A stretch of 64,000 nt of DNA from positions 32,001-96,000 of the forward strand of contig CAWBYW010000007.1 of the NCBI GenBank assembly GCA_963792965.1, written 5' to 3'. Shown here one piece after another: positions 10,120 to 21,227 of the stretch. The stretch is from an uncultured delta proteobacterium. GTDB taxonomy: Bacteria > Desulfobacterota > Zymogenia > Zymogenales > Zymogenaceae. Every line of letters starts with the position of its first letter. Within the stretch, counting starts at the first letter, position 1. Under the pieces are notes generated by a model. That model had not been told where the DNA came from and did no database searches. It saw only the letters and a program-made list of their open reading frames with translations. The position numbers and the translations under genes were made by a program.

Positions 10120-11496
10120 ATGGCCCAGGAACTCAAACAAGAACTGAGACTGACCCAAAAACTGGTGCTCACGCCCCAGCTGCAGCAGGCTATTAAACTG
10201 CTGCAGTTGACGCGCCTGGAGTTGGTGGAACATATCAATCAGGAGTTGACGGAAAACCCGGTGCTGGAGGAGGTAATCGAAGGGCCCGATACGGAGTCCG
10301 AAGATTCTCTGATCGACCAGATGATCCGGGAGGATTCGTTCAGCGGCTATGACGAGGGCGAGTCGTCATCGGGGTTTACCGATGCCGACGAAAAGCAGCG
10401 TTTCATAGAGAATGTCTGTCTTGAGAAGACATCGCTCATGGATCATATCATCTGGCAGCTCAGGATGAGCGATCTGCACGCCAGGGACGAGAAAATTGGG
10501 ACGGAAATCGCCGGCAACCTGAATGAGGATGGGTACCTGACGGCCTCGGTTGAAGAGATCGTCGAGAAGCTTGGCGCAGATGTGTCGTCGGTGGAGCGCG
10601 TGCTCACCAAGATACAGAGCTTCGATCCCGTGGGGGTCGCGGCACGGAGCCTGGCGGAGTGTCTCCTGATACAGGCCCGGCACTTTGGGGTTGACTCGCC
10701 AACGGTGTACACGATCATCGAGCACCATCTGTCGCAGCTCGAAAAGAGAAACTACGGCGCCATCGCCAAGAAGCTCGGTGTCTCAACAAGCGAGGTCCTC
10801 CAGGCGGTCGAGGTCATCACGGGGCTCGATCCGAGGCCGGGACGGGCGTACACCACCGATGAGCCACAATACATTTTCCCGGATATTTTCGTGTATAAGG
10901 TCGGCGATGAGTATGTCATCTCGCTCAACGACAACGGACTCCCGAGGCTCAAGATCAGCTCGTTTTACCGGAGCATGTTGACGGGGGCGCGGGAGATCAC
11001 CCCGGCCACCAAGGACTTCATAAAAGATCGAATCAAATCGGCGACGTGGCTCATCAAGAGCATCCACCAACGACAGCGCACCATCTACCGGGTGAGCAAG
11101 AGCATCGTTGAGCGTCAAAGAGAGTTCCTTGAAAAGGGCGTCAGTCAGCTGAGACCGATGATCCTCAAAGATGTCGCCAGAGAAGTGGGCGTCCATGAGT
11201 CCACCGTGAGCCGGGTTACCAACGGAAAATATATGCACACGCCGCGGGGAGTTTTCGAGCTCAAGTATTTCTTCACGGGCAAGGTCTCTTCCTCCCGGAG
11301 CGAAGAACAGTCGGTGGAAAGCGTCAAGGAGAGGATCAGGGAGATCATCGCCCATGAAGACGTACGAAAGCCGATCAGTGATCAAAAGATAGCGCAGGTG
11401 CTGAACCGAGAGGGAATCTTCGTGGCCAGGAGGACCGTGGCAAAGTATCGAGAGATATTGGGTATCTTCTCCTCGAGCTCTCGAAAAAGGATCTAA
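10120..11496 (+). CDS. rpoN: RNA polymerase sigma-54 factor
   Basis: Region I LTPQLQQAIKLLQL, HTH VHESTVSR, RpoN box ARRTVAKYRE. Confidence 0.97.
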   Translation: MAQELKQELRLTQKLVLTPQLQQAIKLLQLTRLELVEHINQELTENPVLEEVIEGPDTESEDSLIDQMIREDSFSGYDEGESSSGFTDADEKQRFIENVCLEKTSLMDHIIWQLRMSDLHARDEKIGTEIAGNLNEDGYLTASVEEIVEKLGADVSSVERVLTKIQSFDPVGVAARSLAECLLIQARHFGVDSPTVYTIIEHHLSQLEKRNYGAIAKKLGVSTSEVLQAVEVITGLDPRPGRAYTTDEPQYIFPDIFVYKVGDEYVISLNDNGLPRLKISSFYRSMLTGAREITPATKDFIKDRIKSATWLIKSIHQRQRTIYRVSKSIVERQREFLEKGVSQLRPMILKDVAREVGVHESTVSRVTNGKYMHTPRGVFELKYFFTGKVSSSRSEEQSVESVKERIREIIAHEDVRKPISDQKIAQVLNREGIFVARRTVAKYREILGIFSSSSRKRI

Positions 11497-11512
11497 AGTA
11501 AAGGAGGTCTTC

Positions 11513-12076
11513 ATGCAGGTATCCGTCACGTTTCGCCACATGGATAATTCGGATGCGCTGAGGAAATATGCTGAAGATAAGATCGGGCGGCTCAAAAAGT
11601 ATGTCTACAGCCCCGTCGACGCATCAGTCGTCTTGTCGGTAGAGAAGCACCGGCAGATTGCCGAGGTCGTGATCAACGCCGAGAGGATGACCATCAAGGG
11701 GAGGGAGGCGACCGACAACATGTATTCTGCTATCGATATCGTCATGGAGAAAATCGAAAAGCAGATCAAGAAACACAAAGAGCGTCTGGTAAGCCATAAG
11801 ACCGAAAACGTCAGGGTTGGTGTCGAAACGGTCATGAAGGAAATCGAGAGCGAACAGGGGCAGGAGGAGTACGACGAAGAAGAGGAAGAGGCAAGCATTA
11901 TCACCAGGACCATTAATTCCAAGCCGATGACCGTCGAGGAAGCGGCCATGCAGCTTGATATGTCCAACTCGGAATTTCTTGTCTTTATTAACGCCGATAC
12001 CAAGGAGATGAACGTCATCTATCGTCGCAAAGATAATCACTACGGTCACATCATTCCGAAAACAACCAACGTTTGA
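11513..12076 (+). CDS. hpf: Ribosome hibernation promoting factor, long form (RaiA/HPF)
   Basis: MQVSVTFRHMD...NMYSAIDIVMEKIEKQIKKHK and C-terminal domain KPMTVEEAAMQL...NVIYRRKD; follows rpoN. Confidence 0.94.
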   Translation: MQVSVTFRHMDNSDALRKYAEDKIGRLKKYVYSPVDASVVLSVEKHRQIAEVVINAERMTIKGREATDNMYSAIDIVMEKIEKQIKKHKERLVSHKTENVRVGVETVMKEIESEQGQEEYDEEEEEASIITRTINSKPMTVEEAAMQLDMSNSEFLVFINADTKEMNVIYRRKDNHYGHIIPKTTNV

Positions 12077-12091
12077 GCCTTGGGGCAACTT

Positions 12092-12550
12092 GTGAAAATC
12101 ATGGATGTTATTGACCCGGACCTCATCAGTGCGGATCTCAAGGCCGGCAACAAGCGGGAGGCGCTGGAGGAGTTGGCTCGGATGGTCGCGAGAAAAGAGG
12201 GGCTGGACATCACAACGCTGGTCCCGATCCTCGAGGAGCGGGAGAAGCTCGGCAGCACCGCTGTCGGTGACGGCTTCGCGATCCCCCACGGCAAACTGAG
12301 AGGGCTCAGGAGACTTGTCGCCTCGTTCGGCAGGTCGGTCGAGGGAATCGACTTCGATTCAATCGACGGCCAACCCACCCACCTCTTCTTCCTCTTGATG
12401 GCGCCCGAGAACACCGCCGGGATGCACCTCAAGACCCTGGCCCGTATTTCGCGTCTTCTCAAGGATAGGAAAATCAGGGCGCGGCTTATGGACTGTGCGA
12501 CGGCGCAGGATATCTATCGGGTGATGCGGGAGGAGGACGAAAAATTCTGA
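12092..12550 (+). CDS. ptsN: PTS EIIA(Ntr)-type protein
   Basis: EREKLGSTAVGDGFAIPHGK with the phospho-His, FDSIDGQPTHLFF, HLKTLARISR. Confidence 0.92.
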   Translation: MKIMDVIDPDLISADLKAGNKREALEELARMVARKEGLDITTLVPILEEREKLGSTAVGDGFAIPHGKLRGLRRLVASFGRSVEGIDFDSIDGQPTHLFFLLMAPENTAGMHLKTLARISRLLKDRKIRARLMDCATAQDIYRVMREEDEKF

Positions 12551-12583
12551 CGGGGCGCCCCGTGCGGCGTTGACAGTAACTCT

Positions 12584-13081
12584 GTGGAAATAAAGACAAT
12601 TCACGGCACCCTGGTGAGGATGATGGCCAGGGGAATTTTGCTTGTGGGGGAGAGCGGATCGGGAAAAAGCCGTCTCGCCCTTTCTCTTTTATATGAGGGC
12701 GCGCGGCTTGTCGCCGATGACGTGGTGGAGCTTACTTCCTCATCCCGCTGGACGATGGGGCGGGCGCCGGAAAAAATCAGAGGACTTATCGAAGTCAGGG
12801 GCGTGGGGATCATCGATGCCACAAGGACATTCGGCCGTCCCTTCGTTCTGGATGAGTCGCCTATCGATGTGGCGGTGCTCCTGACCGATCGTGACAGCGG
12901 CGAAAGAACGAGCGCCGGGGCGGATATAGGTACGATGAACCTTCTCGGGCGCGACATTCCCGAGATTCGAGTGGGGGCGGATATAGACGCGCACGGTCTG
13001 ATGTGCGCGGTCTCCGACTTTATCCTCGGAGGGTCACGAGGGAGCGGGAAAATAGACGGTCTCCTCGGCGGCTCCGAATAG
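12584..13081 (+). CDS. hprK: HPr kinase/phosphorylase, short form (C-terminal kinase domain only)
   Basis: IHGTLV...GESGSGKS...LVADD...GLIEVRGVGII; no N-terminal domain. Confidence 0.85.
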   Translation: MEIKTIHGTLVRMMARGILLVGESGSGKSRLALSLLYEGARLVADDVVELTSSSRWTMGRAPEKIRGLIEVRGVGIIDATRTFGRPFVLDESPIDVAVLLTDRDSGERTSAGADIGTMNLLGRDIPEIRVGADIDAHGLMCAVSDFILGGSRGSGKIDGLLGGSE

Positions 13082-13951
13082 TGGGGAAGAGCTATCAGGC
13101 TCGTTATTATCACAGGATTATCGGGTTCGGGCAAGAGCACGGCCATCAGGGCACTTGAGGACATCGGCTTTTTCTGCATCGATAATCTGCCGGTGGTGTT
13201 ATTGCCGAAGGTGCTGGAGCTCACCTCCCAATCCCGCTGGGATATCAACAAGGTCGCCGTGGTAATGGACATGCGGGAAAAGATGTTCTTCTCCGAGTTT
13301 CCGACCGTATTCAAGAAGCTTGAGAAGCGGGGCGAGGAGTACCAGATTATCTTCCTTGAGGCGCGCGATGATGTCATCATGAGACGCTACAAGGAAACCC
13401 GGAGGCTCCATCCCATCGGGGGGGAAGACCCCGCGGCCGGCATCAAGAGGGAGCGCGAGCTGTTGAGGGAAGTGAGGGGAGTTGCGCACCGGGTCATCGA
13501 AACCTCGGACCTCAATCCCCATCAGCTCAGAGAGATCATCTTCGACTACTTCAAGGAGGCGATGACTCAAAAACGCCTCAACGTCACGATCATGTCGTTC
13601 GGATACCGATACGGCACGCCTTCGGATGCCGATATCGTCATGGATGTACGGTTCTTGCCTAACCCGTATTTTGTCGAGGAGCTGAAGTTACTGTCCGGCC
13701 TCGATCGGAAGGTAAGGGAGTTCGTCCTTGAGAAAGAGGAGACGCGGGGGTTCCTCTCGCGATTCGAGGAGCTTATGCGTTTTCTCCTTCCCAATTATAT
13801 CCGGGAAGGAAAATCATACCTGACGGTGGCGGTGGGCTGCACCGGTGGGATGCACCGCTCCGTCGTCATCGCCGAGGAGCTCTCCCGGATACTCGGTGCG
13901 GGGGGTGGGTATACCATCAAGATCACCCATCGGGATATCAATAAATCATAA
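13081..13951 (+). CDS. rapZ: RNase adapter RapZ (YvcJ family P-loop protein); start codon anomalous
   Basis: The frame from 13082 reads RLVIITGLSGSGKSTAIRALEDIGFFCIDNLP, then RRYKETRRLHP, SFGYRYG, DVRFLPNPY, GCTGGMHRSV. Confidence 0.93.
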
Positions 13952-13968
13952 CGAAAGGTGACTGACAC

Positions 13969-14373
13969 ATGGTAGGGATTGTCATCGTGTCCCATTTAAA
14001 CTTGGCGTCGGAGCTCCTCAAGACGGCCGAACTCATCGTGGGGAGGATACCGGCCTCCAAGGCCCTGTCGCTTGACCCGAAAAAGGACGTCGAGATCCTC
14101 AGAAAAGAGATCCAGAGCTCCATCAAGGAAGTCAACAGCGGCCAAGGGGTGATCATATTAACCGACATGTTCGGGGGCACCCCGTCAAACCTTGCCCTCA
14201 CTTTCCTCGGAGAGTTCGTGGAAGTAGTGTCCGGTGCGAACCTTCCCATGCTCATCAAGATCGCCGCGGAGCGCGAGGGGAAGAACATCAGGGAGCTTGC
14301 GCTTAATGCCAAAGAATACGGCAGAAATAATATTAACGTCGCCACCGAGTTTCTGAGCAAGAAGGGGCAATAA
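13969..14373 (+). CDS. PTS mannose/fructose-family EIIA
   Basis: IVIVSH, LTDMFGGTPSN, GANLPML. Confidence 0.92.
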   Translation: MVGIVIVSHLNLASELLKTAELIVGRIPASKALSLDPKKDVEILRKEIQSSIKEVNSGQGVIILTDMFGGTPSNLALTFLGEFVEVVSGANLPMLIKIAAEREGKNIRELALNAKEYGRNNINVATEFLSKKGQ

Positions 14374-14375
14374 GA

Positions 14376-14867
14376 GTGGGCATCGTACTGGTCCGGGTTG
14401 ATAGTCGTCTCATTCACGGGCAGATCCTCGAGGCCTGGATCCCTTACACCAAGGCGGGGGCGCTGGTCGTCGTCGACGATGAGGTCGAGAAGAACCTCCT
14501 GAAACGCTCCGTTATGGAGATGGCGGTTCCAAGCAACATAGAGGTCTCCTTCTACACGGTCCGAGAGGCCGTCGACAGCTACGTGAACGGGGGATTCAGC
14601 AGGAAACGGATCATCATCTTGTTTTCCAATGTTCACGATGCAAAGGCCGCCTACGACTCCGGCTTCCTGTTCGACAGCCTCAATCTCGGCAATATGCACT
14701 ATTGCGACGGAAAGGTACAGGTGAGCTCGAACCTGTGCGTGGGCATTGACGATACCGACGCGATCGTGGATCTGTGCCGCCTCGGGGTTACCATCGATAC
14801 CCGTTCGGTCCCCGGGGAAAAGAAGATGGAGGTCAAGAAACTTGTGAAAAAGGTCAGGAGAGAGTAG
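14376..14867 (+). CDS. PTS mannose/sorbose-family EIIB
   Basis: VRVDSRLIHGQ with the phospho-His, LNLGNM. Confidence 0.92.
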   Translation: MGIVLVRVDSRLIHGQILEAWIPYTKAGALVVVDDEVEKNLLKRSVMEMAVPSNIEVSFYTVREAVDSYVNGGFSRKRIIILFSNVHDAKAAYDSGFLFDSLNLGNMHYCDGKVQVSSNLCVGIDDTDAIVDLCRLGVTIDTRSVPGEKKMEVKKLVKKVRRE

Positions 14868-15574
14868 TGGGGGGGGCCGGCCTCTTCATCACGATAGCGG
14901 TCTCGTCAATCGTCGGGGGCCTGTTGCACCTGGACCGGACCGCCGCGTTTCAGTTTCTTATATCCAGACCGCTGGTCTCGTCCACGGTAATGGGCCTGCT
15001 TCTCGGTGATCTGAGGACGGGTCTCCTTATCGGGATGGTGCTGGAGCTGTTGTGGATCGGTATGCAGCCGCTGGGCACGGCGCTGCCCCCGGACGACACG
15101 ATCGTCGCGGTGGCGGCCCCCGCCGCGGCCATCATCGCCGGTCGGCTCCTTGGAGGAATCGGAACGCCGCTCATAGGGCTTTCGGTCCTCATTTCTCTCC
15201 CCTTATCTGCGGTGGGGAGGCTGGTGGATATCGAGCTGAGGAGGCTTAATCGCGTCTTCCTCCGGAATGCCAAGAAGGCGGCACGTGAGGGAGACATCGG
15301 TGGGGTGGAGAGACAGAGCATATGGGGCCTGTTATCCTTTTTTCTCTTTTTTTCGCTCTTCTCGTTATTGGGCATCTTATTCGTATGGCTCTCGACGTGG
15401 CTGATTTATCCCTATATTCCTGACACTATCCGCAGCGCGTTGGGCTATATCTTTTGGTCTTTGCCGTTTTTCGGCGCCGGAGCCGTGCTGAGCCGGGAGA
15501 GGGCATGGTTGCGGTTCAGCGTCGTATTTGGGGCGTCATACGTGTTGCTCTATGTCATTGGGAGGACGTGGTGA
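14867..15574 (+). CDS. PTS mannose-family EIIC
   Basis: LDRTAAFQFLISRPLV, GMVLELLWIG..PLGTALPPD; hydrophobic. GTG start overlaps the EIIB stop (TAGTG). Confidence 0.88.
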   Translation: MGGAGLFITIAVSSIVGGLLHLDRTAAFQFLISRPLVSSTVMGLLLGDLRTGLLIGMVLELLWIGMQPLGTALPPDDTIVAVAAPAAAIIAGRLLGGIGTPLIGLSVLISLPLSAVGRLVDIELRRLNRVFLRNAKKAAREGDIGGVERQSIWGLLSFFLFFSLFSLLGILFVWLSTWLIYPYIPDTIRSALGYIFWSLPFFGAGAVLSRERAWLRFSVVFGASYVLLYVIGRTW

Positions 15575-16311
15575 GACCCACGCTGGCCAGGATATTCTTC
15601 AGAAGCTTCCTGATCCAGAGCTGCTGGAACTATGAGGGGATGCAAAATGTCGGTTTTGCCTTCAGCATCTCGCCGCTTATCAGGAAAATCGCTCGGGATA
15701 AGAAACAACGGGCAGCCTTATTGGGGCTCTCGCTTGAGTACTTCAACACGCACCCCTACCTCGCCTCGGGGATTCTCGGGGCGGTCGCCTCGGTGCAGGC
15801 GGAAGGCGGGAAGGGGGCTGCCGAGGAGACCAGAAAGATAAAGGACACCCTTTCCAATCCGTTCGCGGCAATCGGAGATACGCTTTTCTGGTCGACGTTG
15901 AAACCCCTCTTTTCGATCACGGCCATCGTCACGGCTTTTCTTGGGAGCACGCTTTCGCCGGTGCTTTTTCTTGTACTATACAATCTCTTTCATCTCTGGA
16001 TACGGACCGAAGGGTTTATTGAAGGGGTTCACCACAAGATGGGGATCATGAACTATGTGAAACGTCTCGATATTCCCCGCTTATCCATCAGATTGAAGAC
16101 TCTTACCATCGGCATCCTCTCGATCTTCGCAGCGGGACTGGCCTATTTTTCTCCGTTCAGATGGGAAGTCGGGGTTATCGGGGAATTCAGGTTTCTTTTG
16201 ATTCTCCCGATCTTCCTGGTGGCGTTTCTCGTGCGGAAGGGTGTGGGAATCCTCACCCAGATCTATATCTTTGCGTTCTTGGCCCTTGCGCTCTTTGCGA
16301 TTGTCGGTTAA
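15568..16311 (+). CDS. PTS mannose-family EIID
   Basis: RSFLIQSCWNYEGMQNVGF, YFNTHPY, PFAAIGDTLFW. Confidence 0.92.
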   Translation: MVRPTLARIFFRSFLIQSCWNYEGMQNVGFAFSISPLIRKIARDKKQRAALLGLSLEYFNTHPYLASGILGAVASVQAEGGKGAAEETRKIKDTLSNPFAAIGDTLFWSTLKPLFSITAIVTAFLGSTLSPVLFLVLYNLFHLWIRTEGFIEGVHHKMGIMNYVKRLDIPRLSIRLKTLTIGILSIFAAGLAYFSPFRWEVGVIGEFRFLLILPIFLVAFLVRKGVGILTQIYIFAFLALALFAIVG

Positions 16312-16333
16312 CCTCAAGCGGGATAGCGTGGAT

Positions 16334-16642
16334 ATGCCCGAGTTTCATAAAAAAGGGGAAGGAAAGACACCAGAGATGTTTTCGGAGGATTTTCAGATCA
16401 TAAATAAGCTCGGCCTGCACGCGCGAGCGGCGGTGCTCTTCATCAAGGCGGCAAACTCCTTTCAGGCCACAATCACGGTGGCCAAGGACGGGGTGGAAGT
16501 GAACGGCAAGAGCATCATGGGCATTCTCATGCTCGGCGCGACGCAGGGGAGCACGATTACCGTGGCGGCAGACGGTCCTGACGCACGGAAAGCGGTAGCT
16601 GAGCTGGGAAAGTTGATCGCCAGTAAATTCGGAGAGGAGTAG
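16334..16642 (+). CDS. ptsH: Phosphocarrier protein HPr
   Basis: NKLGLHARAA (His15 equivalent) and VNGKSIMGILML (Ser46 equivalent). ATG 16376 is an alternative start. Confidence 0.94.
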   Translation: MPEFHKKGEGKTPEMFSEDFQIINKLGLHARAAVLFIKAANSFQATITVAKDGVEVNGKSIMGILMLGATQGSTITVAADGPDARKAVAELGKLIASKFGEE

Positions 16643-18418
16643 ATGCCTCAAACGAAAGAGATACGACTCTTTGGGATCGGCGTTTCTTCGGGAATCGTCA
16701 TCGGAAAGGTCTATTTCATCGATCGTACCAAGGTAAAATATACCGTCCGGCACATTAGCAAAGACGGTGTTTCGTCCGAGGTCGATCGTTTTCACAAGGC
16801 CGTCGACGAGTCTCGGAATCAGCTTTCGGAAGTCGCGTCACGGATTCCGGGGGACCATTATGAGGAATTCAAGCATATCATAGACGCCCACTTCCTCATC
16901 CTTCAGGACAGGATGCTGATCGACGATACCGAGAAGATCATCAAGGATGAGGGCGTCAACGCCGAGTGGGCCCTCAATATCCAGCACGAGAAGATTAGCC
17001 GCTTTTTCCAACAGCTCAATGACGAATATCTCTCCGAGCGAATGGGGGATGTCGACTATGTCGTTGAGCGGATCATGAGAAACCTCGTCGGTAAGGAGCA
17101 GGAGAGCATCACCGAGATCACCGAAGATGTGATCGTAGTGGCCCACGACCTGTCGCCTGCCGACACCGCACAGATTGACCGTAACGTCATCAAAGGGTTT
17201 GTCACCGATATCGGCGGCAGGACATCGCACACCGCTATCATGGCCCGTTCCCTCGAGATCCCCTCGGTCGTGGGGCTGGAGACGGTGAGCCAGCTGGTCA
17301 AGAGCGGCGACTGTATCATCGTAAACGGCACAACGGGAGAGGTCATCATCAATCCATTGCCGGAGGTGCGGGCCCAATACGAGCAGCAGCTCAAGATATA
17401 CCAGGACGAGGAGCGGGAGCTGTTGACCCTTAAAGAGCTTCCCTCGGTCACGACCGACGACTATCGCATTTCCCTGATGGCCAATATCGAGATGCCCCAC
17501 GAGATCCAGTCGATCAAGGAACACGGTGCCGAGGGCATCGGGCTCTATCGGACCGAATTCATATACCTCAACCGGAGGAGCCTCCCGACCGAGGACGAGC
17601 ACTTCGAGGTCTATAAATACGTTGTAGAGAACATCAAGCCGAAGGTCACGATTATCAGGACCTTTGACCTCGGCGGAGACCGCTTCCTCTCTCCGGTCGA
17701 TCTCGCCCAGGAGATGAACCCGGCGATGGGGCTGCGCGCCATCCGGTTCTGTCTTAAGGAGGCCGATATCTTCAAAGACCAGCTCCGCGCGATCCTCAGG
17801 ACGAGCGCCTACGGGCCGGTCAAAATCATGTTTCCCATGATTTCGGGCGTAGAGGAAATCCGGCTGACCAAGATGATCCTCGAGGAGTCGAAAGACGATC
17901 TCCGCGCCCGGGGCGTGCCGTTTGACGAGGAGATCGAGATCGGGTCCATGATGGAGGTCCCCTCGGCAATGATCATCGCCGATCTCCTGGCCAAAGAGGT
18001 CGACTTCTTCTCCATCGGCACCAACGACCTGATCCAGTATTCGCTGGCCATAGATCGGGTCAATGAACACGTCAATTATCTCTACGAGCCGCTGCACCCC
18101 GCCGTCCTGAGGATGATCAGAGAGGTCGTCGCGTCGGCGCACGCGCGGGGGATCAAGGTCGCCATGTGCGGCGAGATGGCCGGCGAGCCGCTCTATCTTC
18201 CGATACTCGTGGGGCTCGGGCTCGACGAACTTTCGATGAACGCGCTGTCGATACTCCGGGTGAAGAAGATCCTGAGAAACATGTCCTATCAGGAGTGCAA
18301 AAGGATCACGGAGGAGATCCTCACCTTCTCCACGGCGCGCGAGATAGACCGTTACGTGTTTATTGAGATGAAAGAACGATTCCCGGGCATATTCTCCGAT
18401 GAGCATCTCACGCACTAA
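16643..18418 (+). CDS. ptsI: PEP-protein phosphotransferase (enzyme I)
   Basis: GGRTSHTAIMAR, GIGLYRTEF, EMNPAMGLRAIR, DFFSIGTNDLIQY, MCGEMAG. Confidence 0.96.
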   Translation: MPQTKEIRLFGIGVSSGIVIGKVYFIDRTKVKYTVRHISKDGVSSEVDRFHKAVDESRNQLSEVASRIPGDHYEEFKHIIDAHFLILQDRMLIDDTEKIIKDEGVNAEWALNIQHEKISRFFQQLNDEYLSERMGDVDYVVERIMRNLVGKEQESITEITEDVIVVAHDLSPADTAQIDRNVIKGFVTDIGGRTSHTAIMARSLEIPSVVGLETVSQLVKSGDCIIVNGTTGEVIINPLPEVRAQYEQQLKIYQDEERELLTLKELPSVTTDDYRISLMANIEMPHEIQSIKEHGAEGIGLYRTEFIYLNRRSLPTEDEHFEVYKYVVENIKPKVTIIRTFDLGGDRFLSPVDLAQEMNPAMGLRAIRFCLKEADIFKDQLRAILRTSAYGPVKIMFPMISGVEEIRLTKMILEESKDDLRARGVPFDEEIEIGSMMEVPSAMIIADLLAKEVDFFSIGTNDLIQYSLAIDRVNEHVNYLYEPLHPAVLRMIREVVASAHARGIKVAMCGEMAGEPLYLPILVGLGLDELSMNALSILRVKKILRNMSYQECKRITEEILTFSTAREIDRYVFIEMKERFPGIFSDEHLTH

Positions 18419-18443
18419 TTCGTCGCGGCTCCAATCATTTCGC

Positions 18444-18472
18444 TTGACATAACCCGTTTGAAATTATATATA
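18444..18472 (+). promoter_or_regulatory. sigma70 promoter for metK-ahcY
   Basis: TTGACA-17nt-TATATA in an AT-rich spacer; GGAGG SD before the metK ATG. Confidence 0.6.
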
Positions 18473-18546
18473 GAAATATTTACTAAAGAACGTCAACTCT
18501 TCTCCTCAAGTATATAAGGCTCAGAAGATAACCGGAGGTATCCGTT

Positions 18547-19716
18547 ATGTCTATGACAGATTTTCTTTTTACGTCCGAATCGGTGACGGAAGGCCACCCC
18601 GATAAGGTTGCCGATCAGATCTCCGACGCCGTTCTCGACGCGATCATCAGCGAGGATAAAGATGCCCGGGTCGCGTGCGAAACCCTTGTAACCACCGGGC
18701 TTGCCATTATCGCCGGCGAGATCACCACAACCGCGTGGGCGGACATGCCGCAGATCGTCCGCAATACCATAAAAGAGATCGGGTACACGAACGCATCGAT
18801 GGGCTTTGACTGGGAGACCTGCGCCGTGCTGACCTCTATAGATAAGCAGTCGCCGGATATCTCCCAGGGCGTCACCCCCGGCAAAGGACTCCACAAAGAG
18901 CAGGGCGCGGGCGACCAGGGCCTCATGTTCGGGTTTGCGTGCGACGAGACGGCGGAGCTGATGCCGATGCCGATCGTCTATGCCCATAAGGTGTGCCGCA
19001 GGCTTGCCGAGGTCAGGAAGAACGGGATGCTCACGTTCCTCCGTCCCGACGGAAAATCTCAGGTAACGATTCAGTATATCGAGAATCAGCCGGTTCGGGT
19101 GGACGCCGTCGTTGTCGCCGCGCAGCATAATCCCGACGTGAAATACGAGACGCTGAGAGAGGCGATTATCGAGGAGGTCATCAAGAAGGTCATCCCAGAG
19201 CATTTGTTGGACAAGAAAACGAAGTTCTACGTCAATGAGACAGGGCGCTTCGTTATCGGGGGTCCGCAGGGTGACTGCGGGGTGACCGGACGCAAGATCA
19301 TCGTCGACACCTACGGGGGGCAGGGAAGCCACGGCGGCGGCTGCTTTTCGGGAAAAGATCCCTCCAAGGTGGACCGCTCCGGGTCCTATATGGCCCGCTA
19401 TGCGGCAAAAAATATCGTTGCCGCGGGGCTCGCCAGAAAGTGCGAACTCCAGGTGGCGTACGCCATCGGTAAGGCCGAGCCGGTTTCCTTTATGATCAAT
19501 ACCGAAGGGACGAGCGTCATCCCGCCCGACCATATCGCGAAGATCGTTCAGGAGGAGTTCGACTTTCGGCCGGCGGCCATGATCGAGAAGCTCGACCTCC
19601 TTAAGCCGAAGTATAAAAGAACGGCGGCCTACGGCCACTTCGGGCGTGAGGAGGCGGGCTTTACCTGGGAGGAAATCGACATGGCCAAGCGGCTGAAGAA
19701 GGCGGCGGGAATCTGA
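18547..19716 (+). CDS. metK: S-adenosylmethionine synthetase
   Basis: [64 protein letters not shown]. Confidence 0.97.
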   Translation: MSMTDFLFTSESVTEGHPDKVADQISDAVLDAIISEDKDARVACETLVTTGLAIIAGEITTTAWADMPQIVRNTIKEIGYTNASMGFDWETCAVLTSIDKQSPDISQGVTPGKGLHKEQGAGDQGLMFGFACDETAELMPMPIVYAHKVCRRLAEVRKNGMLTFLRPDGKSQVTIQYIENQPVRVDAVVVAAQHNPDVKYETLREAIIEEVIKKVIPEHLLDKKTKFYVNETGRFVIGGPQGDCGVTGRKIIVDTYGGQGSHGGGCFSGKDPSKVDRSGSYMARYAAKNIVAAGLARKCELQVAYAIGKAEPVSFMINTEGTSVIPPDHIAKIVQEEFDFRPAAMIEKLDLLKPKYKRTAAYGHFGREEAGFTWEEIDMAKRLKKAAGI

Positions 19717-19862
19717 GCAACCTGCGATTGGGCATCGGACGGGCGCGAACGCGCACGCCGCAACAGGATATTCGAGGCGCTTTCATATCCCGGGTGCGGC
19801 GGGCGAGGACCGGTTGGCGGTTCTCTCTCAGTGAAGTGAGGGTTTGAATAAGGAGAATAGAC

Positions 19863-21128
<1,266 letters not shown>

Positions 21129-21176
21129 GCATCGGGATGCGCCGGGCCACCGGGAAACGGTAATTGAGAGAAGTAC

Positions 21177-21204
21177 ACGGGGCACGAAGATGCCCCGTTC
21201 TTTT
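21177..21204 (+). terminator. Rho-independent terminator after ahcY
   Basis: ACGGGGCA-CGAAGA-TGCCCCGT, an 8-bp stem, followed by TCTTTT. Confidence 0.75.
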
Positions 21205-21227
21205 GGGCAAAACCTGGGACTCGTTTT

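Noticed and set aside
16838-18415. 525-aa antisense ORF over ptsI (likewise 34322-35911 over leuS, 18493-19638 over metK, 44657-45910 over fadD, 53127-54482 over the MgtE-like gene)
   Set aside because: These are shadow ORFs expected from GC-rich codon usage. They lie almost entirely over well-identified genes and show no motifs or start signals.
18473-18546. SAM riboswitch upstream of metK
   Set aside because: The leader is short and AT-rich, with no SAM-I or SAM-II consensus elements.
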